DNA of 64,000 nucleotides. It comes from a virus. Below the pieces are notes generated by a model that had not been told where the DNA came from, searched no databases, and saw only the letters and a program-made list of their open reading frames with translations. The position numbers were made by a program, and so were the translations under genes. The stretch covers positions 1 through 64,000 of the IMG/VR virus record IMGVR_UViG_3300045391_006990, one strand, 5' to 3'. This document shows positions 55,324 through 62,748 of this stretch, one piece after another. Every line of letters starts with the position of its first letter. The stretch's first letter is position 1.

Positions 55324-55398
55324 CGCACCCCGCTGGATTCGAACCAGCGACCTCCGAGATCTTCAGTCCCGATGCTCTGCCAACTGAGCTAGGGGTGC
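55324..55398 (-). tRNA. tRNA-Phe(GAA), atypical (6-bp anticodon stem, G discriminator, no encoded CCA)
   Basis: GCACCCC TA GCTC AGTTGGCA GAGC A TCGGGA CTGAAGA TCTCGG AGGTC GCTGG TTCGAAT CCAGC GGGGTGC G. Confidence 0.85.
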
Positions 55399-55442
55399 AT
55401 GTGACGGCGGCGGCAAGGACAAGTCCGAGCACGGCCCGCCGT

Positions 55443-55510
55443 CGGTGGGGTGCGGTGGAATCGAACCACCTCGATCCGGGCTTGCGGCCCGCGCGCTGCC
55501 ATTCACCCCA
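55443..55510 (-). ncRNA. D-armless tRNA-like element (possible Cys-GCA pseudo-tRNA)
   Basis: TGGGGTG AATGGCAGCGCG CGGGC CGCAA GCCCG GATCGA GGTGG TTCGATT CCACC G CACCCCA CCG: acceptor stem, anticodon-like hairpin and canonical T-arm, no D-stem. Confidence 0.6.
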
Positions 55511-55515
55511 GAAAT

Positions 55516-55550
55516 ACAAAAACCCCGCTAGGCAAATTGCCCGCAGGGTT
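55516..55550 (-). terminator. Terminator between the promoter and the tRNA cassette (attenuator-like)
   Basis: AACCCTGCGGGCAA-t-TTGCCTAGCGGGGTT followed by TTTGT. Confidence 0.7.
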
Positions 55551-55628
55551 CGAAAGACACTGGCCACGCCCGAAGGCTGTCGGTCAAAGCTTCATTGCCC
55601 AGCCATCATATCCAACCCCGTGGCGCCG

Positions 55629-55937
55629 TCAAGAGCCTCCCTGCTGGTCCAGCGGGCGGATGACCAGGACGGCCGCCTCCAGCGCCTGGCGCGCGGCTTC
55701 CTTGGCCGCCTCCTCGGTCTCCTTCAGGCCAGCGCCGAGCGGCGCCGTACCGTTCCACGCGCCCCATTGGTAGGCGGGGCCGTCGACGGCCTTCTCGACC
55801 TTGGCCAGGAGCATGGTGCCTTTCACGCGCCCGACCCAGCATGGAGTCTCGGTCCACTCAAGCCTGCGGGGGAATTCGATGAGCTTGCCGGTCATCCCCA
55901 AGAGCCTACCGCCGGCTTCGCGCGCCCACAAGTTCAT
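55629..55937 (-). CDS. Hypothetical protein
   Basis: Open frame divergent from the 55973 operon; start uncertain. Confidence 0.4.
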   Translation of the reverse strand: MNLWAREAGGRLLGMTGKLIEFPRRLEWTETPCWVGRVKGTMLLAKVEKAVDGPAYQWGAWNGTAPLGAGLKETEEAAKEAARQALEAAVLVIRPLDQQGGS

Positions 55938-55943
55938 CACCGT

Positions 55944-55956
55944 TTCGGGGATAAGA
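55944..55956 (+). promoter_or_regulatory. Promoter-like motif TTCGGGGATAAGA
   Basis: 16 nt before the ATG at 55973. Confidence 0.7.
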
Positions 55957-55972
55957 ATGACGGAGGACACCC

Positions 55973-56329
55973 ATGGCCGAAGCATCTGTTGAAGTGGATG
56001 AAGCTGCCCTACGCGCGGCCATTCGCGTATGGATTTACACGCCGATCATCCGTCTGCACACCGTCGCTGGAGAACGACAAGACCTCTATCTGAAGCTCGT
56101 CGCACATGCGGCGCAGCTTCCGTACGAAAAGGTCGTGGAGCTCTGGCATGCGCGCAACCGCGGCATCGTAGACGCTCGCCGCCAATTGAAGCGCATGATC
56201 TTCGCCAAGCTGATGAACGACCCGCCGTCCATCCTTCGGGTTCACGATGAAGTCGTGGTTCATGAAGCCTCGCCTGTAGAATCAGAGGATGTTGCCGAAG
56301 AACAAGGTCATGAAGATCGTCCCCGGTGA
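55973..56329 (+). CDS. Hypothetical protein
   Basis: GGAGG RBS. Confidence 0.55.
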   Translation: MAEASVEVDEAALRAAIRVWIYTPIIRLHTVAGERQDLYLKLVAHAAQLPYEKVVELWHARNRGIVDARRQLKRMIFAKLMNDPPSILRVHDEVVVHEASPVESEDVAEEQGHEDRPR

Positions 56330-56546
56330 AGCTTACATGCGTCGCAGGGACAAGAAAGTCGTGGTAGTCGATCGCGTCACCGGTCAGGGGGTGGAATACC
56401 ACCTCAAGTCCGACACTGCTGAAGCCAAGTTCAAGATCTCGCTGGACGGTTTCCGCAAAGGCATCCGCCCACTCACAGCAGAGGAGAAGCAACGTGAAAA
56501 TACTACTGCTGGCTCTGTTGCCGCTGCTGTTCCAAGCGAACAGTGA
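56310..56546 (+). CDS. Small SH3-like hypothetical protein
   Basis: 'IVPGEAYMRRRDKKVVVVDRV..QGVEY'. Confidence 0.5.
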   Translation: MKIVPGEAYMRRRDKKVVVVDRVTGQGVEYHLKSDTAEAKFKISLDGFRKGIRPLTAEEKQRENTTAGSVAAAVPSEQ

Positions 56547-56688
56547 TCGGTGCAGGGCCAAAGAATTTCGATGTGAAATGCGCTGCAACGAAGATACCAA
56601 GGGCGGGACGATGTCCCGTCTCAAATGTTATGAGAGGTGCCGTGAAGACGAGACAGCCTGCCGTAAGTACGGCGACGACGAGCCCTAA
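56494..56688 (+). CDS. Small secreted six-cysteine peptide
   Basis: Signal peptide 'MKILLLALLPLLFQA'; C-x6-C-x3-C-x13-C-x3-C-x6-C; GGAG RBS. Confidence 0.6.
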   Translation: MKILLLALLPLLFQANSDRCRAKEFRCEMRCNEDTKGGTMSRLKCYERCREDETACRKYGDDEP

Positions 56689-56695
56689 GAAAAAG

Positions 56696-56926
56696 ATGGT
56701 GCAGCAGGAGCTACCCTTTGAAGAGCCGCTGCAGCCAGGATGGCAGGGCAAGCGTTACTTGCTCTGCTCCGACGGAATCTGGCACCTGGTGCTTTTCATC
56801 CACGACGCGGAAATGGCAGACACCCAGTGCTGCGCCGACGTGCACGTACAGCTTCCGCCGCCGAGCGGATCACGCGAGCCAATGTGCGAAACGTGCGTGC
56901 AGCTCCACTTTGCTCCCAAGAAGTAG
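56696..56926 (+). CDS. Small zinc-binding hypothetical protein
   Basis: 'IWHLV...TQCC...MCETCV'. Confidence 0.5.
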   Translation: MVQQELPFEEPLQPGWQGKRYLLCSDGIWHLVLFIHDAEMADTQCCADVHVQLPPPSGSREPMCETCVQLHFAPKK

Positions 56927-57280
56927 TCAACTAGCGTGGCGTATGCGGTGGATGGTGCCAGCTCGGCGCGAGGAGCGGAGCTTGGTGTACACCTCCATGT
57001 CGGTGTGCGCCCCGCGCGCTCTCCTCATGAGCTCGTCGTGTGCCAGGCGCAGACCGGTACCGACGGCGAAAACCTCCTGGTCGATGTGCGGAATTTGCTC
57101 ATACAAAAGCTCCACACTGAGGCGATTGCACGCGAGGAAGCCTTGTACCATGCGCGCAAGCAGTGGTTCGTCATCTATCGTCACTTCGAGCTCGCCGGCG
57201 TCCTTGTCCAGCGCGTCCACTACATCTTTGAGCTGTCCGAGTAGCAGCGCGGTGTGCTCGCATCGTTCTGAAAAATTCAT
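56927..57280 (-). CDS. Hypothetical protein
   Basis: AAGGA RBS; convergent with the upstream operon. Confidence 0.5.
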   Translation of the reverse strand: MNFSERCEHTALLLGQLKDVVDALDKDAGELEVTIDDEPLLARMVQGFLACNRLSVELLYEQIPHIDQEVFAVGTGLRLAHDELMRRARGAHTDMEVYTKLRSSRRAGTIHRIRHAS

Positions 57281-57333
57281 CTACTGGTGTTCCTTCTGCC
57301 TGAGGCGCGACACGGTAGGCAAGGATTGAACCA

Positions 57334-57615
57334 ATGAAGGAGACGAGCTCCAACAAGTACCAGTTGCTGTCAGATGGACAGCGCGTTTGGGTGAACGGAC
57401 TGCAGGGGGAGTCAGTCGCCCGCCTATCGCGGTTCGGCTCGGTTGTGATGATCGACATACACCAGCCGCTCTGCGCGCAAAAGACAAATGGCGAGTGCCT
57501 CGACTGCAGGCACGACCTGCAGGGGTATGAGGCGTGGTTGTACTTCATCTCGTCACTCAAACGAAACTTCAACATCGATGTCGACGAAGCACATCGACCC
57601 AAATGGGCCAGCTAA
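57334..57615 (+). CDS. Hypothetical phage protein
   Basis: 'SDGQRVWVNG...RLSRFG..IDIH...ECLDCRH'. Confidence 0.6.
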   Translation: MKETSSNKYQLLSDGQRVWVNGLQGESVARLSRFGSVVMIDIHQPLCAQKTNGECLDCRHDLQGYEAWLYFISSLKRNFNIDVDEAHRPKWAS

Positions 57616-57920
57616 CGGAGAAGGAAATGGAAGAGACGTTCGACCTAGGAAAAGCAACGGAGCAGACTCGTGAACTCACTGCGCTACTGTCACTCATGAA
57701 GCGTCAGCGCAAAAAGAGCAAACCCATCGAGACGGTGCTGGAAGCCCTAAACAAACTGGGGTCCCGCCGCCCAACGAAGCAACGTTTCAGCGTTCACTTC
57801 GACCGCGACCGCAGCAAGTTCATCGTGTACACAGCACACGAGGAGACCGTGCTGCCACTCGTACTGCACCACACTGCAGAAGAGATCTACTGCAAGCCCA
57901 CCAAGGAGAAGCTCAAGTGA
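57603..57920 (+). CDS. Hypothetical protein
   Basis: Operonic overlap. Confidence 0.5.
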   Translation: MGQLTEKEMEETFDLGKATEQTRELTALLSLMKRQRKKSKPIETVLEALNKLGSRRPTKQRFSVHFDRDRSKFIVYTAHEETVLPLVLHHTAEEIYCKPTKEKLK

Positions 57921-58501
57921 AGTACTTTGCCAGCAAAGAAAGCAGCGTGCTGCTAGTAGCACTTATAGTTGGCTGCAGCGCGGCCGAGCCGCCCACATCC
58001 ACGTCTACGCGCCCGACGCCGACCGAAGCTCACGTAGCAGACGTTGAAGTACAGGAAACACCAGAACCGCCGACGGTAGATCGCCTGCATGTGGAGTGGA
58101 CGGTCGACGAGCAATTCACGTCAGACGAATTAGACGCCATACTGGTTGCCGGTGAGGACTGGGCTACAGTCACTGAAGGACGTGTCGGTCTGACCTTCAA
58201 GGTAGCGGCTGTTGAAGTCGGTACACCATGGACCATTGCCAGGACCGATATACCGAACGCCAATGGCCGGACCAGCATCTTCGATACCGGCACGTTCATC
58301 GAGATCGATGCCAACAACTTCGAGAACACCACGTGCGTAGGACAAGTCTGGTACGTAGCTGCGCATGAGCTCGGACACTCGCTCGGTATCCTGACGCACG
58401 GACCAACCGGTGTAATGAAGACAGGTGCAGGTGCTGCTAATTGTGCCGTGACGTTCACTCATAGCGACATAGACTTGTTCAACGCAGCCAACCCAAACTG
58501 A
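57917..58501 (+). CDS. Lipoprotein with a matrixin (metzincin) metallopeptidase domain
   Basis: Lipobox 'LIVGC'; 'VAAHELGHSLGILTH...GVM' (HExxHxxGxxxH + Met-turn). Confidence 0.8.
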   Translation: MKYFASKESSVLLVALIVGCSAAEPPTSTSTRPTPTEAHVADVEVQETPEPPTVDRLHVEWTVDEQFTSDELDAILVAGEDWATVTEGRVGLTFKVAAVEVGTPWTIARTDIPNANGRTSIFDTGTFIEIDANNFENTTCVGQVWYVAAHELGHSLGILTHGPTGVMKTGAGAANCAVTFTHSDIDLFNAANPN

Positions 58502-58509
58502 AGAGCTAC

Positions 58510-58986
58510 ATGACCATACGCTATGTAAAAGGCGATGTGACCAAGCCCGAGGATACGGGTGGCATTCGTGTCATCGCCCACTCTTGCAATGACGTGGGCG
58601 GTTGGGGTCCAGAAGGGGGCAGCGTTGCCGATGCTATCGGCAAGCGTTGGCCAGAGGCGAGGAGCGAGTACAAGTCGCAATTCCTAGAAGGCACTGGCTT
58701 GAAGCTCGGCGAGGTGCAGCTAGTCGACGTCGGCGACAAGCTGTGGGTCGCCAACTGCATCGCCCAGCGTGGCTACCGCCGCCCCGGCAATCTGCAGCCG
58801 TTCAAGTACGAGGCCTTCGAAACCTGCATGGGGTTTCTGGTGAAGAGCTTCGTCGGCCGCAACGCCAGCATTCACATGCCGCGCGTGGGCACCAAACTTG
58901 GCGGCGCTGATTGGCACGCCATCGAATACATCATTGAAAGAACGCTCGGCGAAGCCGAGCTTAACGTCACGGTGTACGACCTATGA
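58510..58986 (+). CDS. Macrodomain protein (ADP-ribose processing)
   Basis: 'IRYVKGDVT', 'IAHSCNDVGGWG', 'VANCIAQ', 'IHMPRVGTKLGGADW'. Confidence 0.9.
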   Translation: MTIRYVKGDVTKPEDTGGIRVIAHSCNDVGGWGPEGGSVADAIGKRWPEARSEYKSQFLEGTGLKLGEVQLVDVGDKLWVANCIAQRGYRRPGNLQPFKYEAFETCMGFLVKSFVGRNASIHMPRVGTKLGGADWHAIEYIIERTLGEAELNVTVYDL

Positions 58987-59366
58987 ACGACTGGAAGAAG
59001 TGCGTGGTCTGCGGAGAAGAGATCATCCCTCCCAGCCACTTGGAAGTACAAGATGTGCCTCGGCACTACCACATTCACTGCGCCGAGCAAGCGAAGCAGC
59101 TGGCGGTGGTGTGGCGCGGCTTGGTGCTGCAAGGCACTGACGAAGACCTTTGCTGGGCACACGACAAGAGCGAAGAGACCGGGCTCTACCTGGGCGTTGC
59201 GTTCGAAGACGAGCGCGGGTTCTTCTCGGCTACCATCGCGGTCCATGGCGTCGAGAGCGAAGGCGAAGGTGCCACCGCGATCGAGGCGCTGGACAGCGCG
59301 TACATAGACCTGCAGCAAGAGACGCTGCGCATCACAGCCGAAGTCTGGCAGCTAGGACAGCGTTGA
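58983..59366 (+). CDS. Hypothetical protein with N-terminal zinc finger
   Basis: 'KCVVCGEEI...YHIHC'. Confidence 0.55.
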   Translation: MNDWKKCVVCGEEIIPPSHLEVQDVPRHYHIHCAEQAKQLAVVWRGLVLQGTDEDLCWAHDKSEETGLYLGVAFEDERGFFSATIAVHGVESEGEGATAIEALDSAYIDLQQETLRITAEVWQLGQR

Positions 59367-59779
59367 TGCTCACCCTGTCACCCAAGCACGGAGTGAATCC
59401 GTCTGTCGGCCTTTGCTTTTTCTGCCAGAAGGCGAAAGAGGTGTTGCTGTTCGGCAGGATGAAAGGAGACGAGCAGGCACCACGTGAGGTGGTTGCCAAC
59501 ATGGAGCCTTGCGACGAGTGCGCGGGCTTGATGAAGCAAGGCATCATCCTCATCAGCGTCGACCCCGCGCAGTCCGAAGACAAGACTAATCCGTGGCGCA
59601 GTGGTGGCTGGTGCGTGGTGCGTGCCGAAGCACTCGAACGTTGGAAAGAAGCGGGCATGGACGCCGCGGTGGTGGACTCCATGCTGGATCACCGCTTCGG
59701 CTTCATCGAGGATCAGGTCTGGGATCTCATCGGTCTGCCGCGTGCTGAAGCACCGTCGACGGAAGAGGCCCCAGCCTGA
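59366..59779 (+). CDS. Conserved phage hypothetical zinc-binding protein
   Basis: 'LSPKHGVNPSVGLCFFC...EPCDEC..LMKQGI'. Confidence 0.65.
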   Translation: MLTLSPKHGVNPSVGLCFFCQKAKEVLLFGRMKGDEQAPREVVANMEPCDECAGLMKQGIILISVDPAQSEDKTNPWRSGGWCVVRAEALERWKEAGMDAAVVDSMLDHRFGFIEDQVWDLIGLPRAEAPSTEEAPA

Positions 59780-59785
59780 GCTCGA

Positions 59786-59816
59786 GGGAAAGGGGCCTGC
59801 GCCCTTTCTTTAGCCC
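59786..59816 (+). terminator. Terminator
   Basis: GGGAAAGGGGC-ctgc-GCCCTTTCTT then TAGCCC. Confidence 0.7.
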
Positions 59817-60415
59817 CGCGACGTTGCCGCCAGCTTCAATCGCCGGAACTCGGCCGCGCGCTCCACGATGAGCCGCGCCTGGCTCAAGTTGAAGGGCTTG
59901 GGCAAGAAGGCGAAAGCGCCCATTTGGCGTGCCCGGTCGGCCTCCGTGTCAAAACCGGAGGTCATGACGACCTCGATGATCGGGAAGTGCTTCCGAACGT
60001 GCTCGAGCAACGTGTAGCCGTTCTTTGGCATCGAGATGTCCGCCACGACGACCTCGATCGTAGGGTCCCCTTCCAGCAGTGCAGCTGCGCCCAGACCGGA
60101 CAGCGCATGGCTTACAGCCATCCCTGCACTTTCGAAGATCCGTACGAACGCCCGGCACAGCTCCGGGTTGTCGTCCACCACCAGCACGCGTATCGGCGCC
60201 CCCTCTTTCTGGTCCATGCTTGCCCCCTTCAAATCCTCCAAAAGCCGTTTGGACGTCAGATCGTCCCGTAGCTGCCCTAGGTCCTTGCGCCAAAGCTGGC
60301 GTAGCGTCAGATCCCGCGCGTCGAGTTCCTCCCGCAAGCCCTCCCGTAGGCGCTGGGCGGTCTTTCCGGCCACAGCCTCGGCGAGCTCGAGCTCGGCCGA
60401 TCCTTCAGTTTCCAT
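59810..60415 (-). CDS. Response-regulator receiver (REC) domain protein with N-terminal helical extension
   Basis: 'RVLVVDDN', 'VVADISMP.NG', 'VVMTSG', 'GAFAFLPKPF'. Confidence 0.9.
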   Translation of the reverse strand: METEGSAELELAEAVAGKTAQRLREGLREELDARDLTLRQLWRKDLGQLRDDLTSKRLLEDLKGASMDQKEGAPIRVLVVDDNPELCRAFVRIFESAGMAVSHALSGLGAAALLEGDPTIEVVVADISMPKNGYTLLEHVRKHFPIIEVVMTSGFDTEADRARQMGAFAFLPKPFNLSQARLIVERAAEFRRLKLAATSRG

Positions 60416-60472
60416 AGTAAAAAGTTTACAAGACACCGCCGCGAAACCCCAAACCCACAGGGTTGCGGTGGG

Positions 60473-61684
60473 TTACGAGAGCGTGATGGCGCTCGACGGA
60501 TCGCCGAGAAGAATCCAGCGGGGGGTGCCGTTGGCCTTAACGTCCATCGCCTTCCATCGGTAGGTCCGCGCCGTACCTGGCGGCGTACTGGTTGCCAGCA
60601 CGCCATCGCCTCCCGTGATGCCAATGCCGGTCCAGGTATCGCCGACGTGTGTGTTGGCCACGGTCAGGACGAACTCCTGCCCAATGAACAGGATGTTCGG
60701 CAACGTGATGCTTGGGGCACCGCTGTTGACGTAGAAGCTCTGCGCTCGGTAACCCGTTGCGCAAGTGAGAACCGACGTAGAGACACTGGAAGCAATTGGG
60801 TTGGAGAGGGTGAGCTCCGACCCCAACGCCAAATACCCGACACCGACCATGGTGTACGGATTGACGACGTCGAACTGGCTGCCCCTCTCCGTAATCAGCA
60901 CGCCGCTTGTTGCAGCAATACAGGCACCACTACTGAAAGCACCTCTGAAAAGGTTGTCATTCAGCTGGTGACCGCCCGTGGAGTTGAGATTGATGATGTT
61001 GGCGCTGCCGCCGTGTGCCGTTACATCGAAGAAGTTGTTGTTGGCGTACAGAGCCCCCTGATCGATGTCGACGAGGTTGTGCGTGAACACGGACGGCATG
61101 GTCAAGGTGCTGTGGGACAGACGCAGCGCAGACGACGCAGCTAAGCTGAGGAGCAGGTCAGCATCGCCTTTGGCGCGTAGGTAGCAACGTTCGAACACGA
61201 AGTCGGACCCCGTGCCCGTGTTGTTCAAGATCCTGCCATTCAGATTGTCGTCGTAGGAAGGCGCATTCCAAGAACAATTGCGGTAGTGCACACGAACGCC
61301 AGCGCTGCAGTCGATTGCGTAGCCCGTATTACCAACCAACCCACCGAAGATGATGTTCTCGACCAGCGTGTAATCGATGCGCGAGCTGCCAGAGACCCAA
61401 TCGTGATGGTTGCGCGTCGCGTGGTTGTTACGCCAAAAAGTTGCGTCTGGCACCCCATGCCAACTCACGTTGGGCTGCATGTGGATGATCTGGTCCGTGC
61501 GGTATTGCGTAGGGCCGAGAAACACCTTACCGCCGCTCACGTTGGCCATAGCGTCGTGCGCCGCCTGGAAGGCAACTGAGTCATCCACCGACGGACTGCC
61601 CTTGGCTCCGAAGTACTCGGGGGTTATCCATCCATCGCCACGAAGGCCTTTCCTGAAGCGAACGTTCCTGTTGAACTCGGTCAT
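60473..61684 (-). CDS. Pectate-lyase-like right-handed beta-helix protein (tailspike/depolymerase-like)
   Basis: 'ITPEYFGAKG..VDDSVAFQAA..GGKVFL...Y', followed by beta-helix repeats. Confidence 0.75.
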   Translation of the reverse strand: MTEFNRNVRFRKGLRGDGWITPEYFGAKGSPSVDDSVAFQAAHDAMANVSGGKVFLGPTQYRTDQIIHMQPNVSWHGVPDATFWRNNHATRNHHDWVSGSSRIDYTLVENIIFGGLVGNTGYAIDCSAGVRVHYRNCSWNAPSYDDNLNGRILNNTGTGSDFVFERCYLRAKGDADLLLSLAASSALRLSHSTLTMPSVFTHNLVDIDQGALYANNNFFDVTAHGGSANIINLNSTGGHQLNDNLFRGAFSSGACIAATSGVLITERGSQFDVVNPYTMVGVGYLALGSELTLSNPIASSVSTSVLTCATGYRAQSFYVNSGAPSITLPNILFIGQEFVLTVANTHVGDTWTGIGITGGDGVLATSTPPGTARTYRWKAMDVKANGTPRWILLGDPSSAITLS

Positions 61685-61685
61685 A

Positions 61686-61734
61686 GGGCTAAGAAAAAGT
61701 CTACCACGGGCTGCCTCGTATGAAGCAGCCCGTG
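61686..61734 (-). terminator. Terminator-like hairpin overlapping an extended -10 (TGG-TAGACT)
   Basis: CACGGGCTGC-loop-GCAGCCCGTG, then GTAGACTTTTTCT and TAGCCC. Confidence 0.6.
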
Positions 61735-61741
61735 CCAGTCC

Positions 61742-62137
61742 CTACTTGGAGCTCCGACGCTTCAGCTCCCGCAGGCGCTCCCGCTCCGAATTGAATGATC
61801 TCGCCGACGTGCCAAAGCAGAGCACCGTCTCGTCGAACGTAGGCTCTCCGCCATTGGCCGGTGGGTTGTCTCCCGGCTGTACGCCCAGGAGCGCAGCATC
61901 GATCGCCGAGAAGTTGGGCTTGGCGCCGTTCGAGCTCACCCAGTGCACACCTTCCTTGGGCGTGTTCTTCGGACTGCGGGTGATTTCATCCAGCAGGTCA
62001 TTGAGCCGCCGTTGCTGGTCCTGCGTGATGTACGATGGGATGGCAAAGCTCACCTCGATGGCCAGCACTTCCACATCATTGTCGGCAGGATCTTCACACC
62101 TGTCGTTGAGGTCGATTTCCTTGATTTCGTAGTCCAT
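61742..62137 (-). CDS. Hypothetical protein
   Basis: GAGG RBS before MDYEIKE. Confidence 0.55.
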   Translation of the reverse strand: MDYEIKEIDLNDRCEDPADNDVEVLAIEVSFAIPSYITQDQQRRLNDLLDEITRSPKNTPKEGVHWVSSNGAKPNFSAIDAALLGVQPGDNPPANGGEPTFDETVLCFGTSARSFNSERERLRELKRRSSK

Positions 62138-62729
62138 GTATTTCCTCGCCTCGGCGGTGGGCCAACATTTGCAGCAGCACCGCTTGGTGAATTCTATTGG
62201 GATCGATGGTCTTGGAGATGAGGTCGTGCAGGTAGTCCTTCCCTTTACGGCCAGCACCGATGATGCCGTGGTGTTCGAGTAGCCGCACCGCACTGTCCTT
62301 CCAAAGCAGGCTCGCAACCGCCCGGGAGGTCGTGGTGGTGTTCAACTGCGGTACACGTACTTCCCGAACGGCGTGGTCTTCGTACACGTAGATGCCCCAG
62401 AACCCAGGTACGCGGCGCTTCACGCTGACCAGGTGCTTTGGCGTCACGATGACCGATAGCTGGTCCATGAGCTGCCCGTAGAGCTTCACCTGGATCTTCG
62501 ACAGGCGCTCCAGCCCATTGGTGTCGCCGTCGCTCTTGATCTCAAAGCAGCGCAGCAGGCTGTTGACCACCACGACGTCGCAACGTCCTTCCTTGGTGCC
62601 CACACGAAAGCAGAGCTCGTCGATGCGCACACTGTCTGGTTCTTGCATCACCGTGCTTTCGAGAAAGCTATGGATCGACGAGCGCATGTGCTTGTCGAGG
62701 AGATTCTTCGTCGGGCTCATGTAGGCCAT
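62094..62729 (-). CDS. sce7726-family protein (PD-(D/E)xK-like)
   Basis: 'IDEL...RCDVVVVN..LRCFEIKSDGD..LERL..Q..Y', 'PGFWGI', 'LLWKD'. Confidence 0.75.
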   Translation of the reverse strand: MAYMSPTKNLLDKHMRSSIHSFLESTVMQEPDSVRIDELCFRVGTKEGRCDVVVVNSLLRCFEIKSDGDTNGLERLSKIQVKLYGQLMDQLSVIVTPKHLVSVKRRVPGFWGIYVYEDHAVREVRVPQLNTTTTSRAVASLLWKDSAVRLLEHHGIIGAGRKGKDYLHDLISKTIDPNRIHQAVLLQMLAHRRGEEIHGLRNQGNRPQRQV

Positions 62730-62748
62730 GCGGCAATACTACCCGTAG

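Noticed and set aside
55443-55510. tmRNA
   Set aside because: No G3:U70 alanine determinant, no tag reading frame, and far too short.
53759-55567. 602-aa - strand ORF
   Set aside because: Overlaps four credible + strand genes and the tRNA genes; no recognisable domain; typical high-GC shadow ORF.
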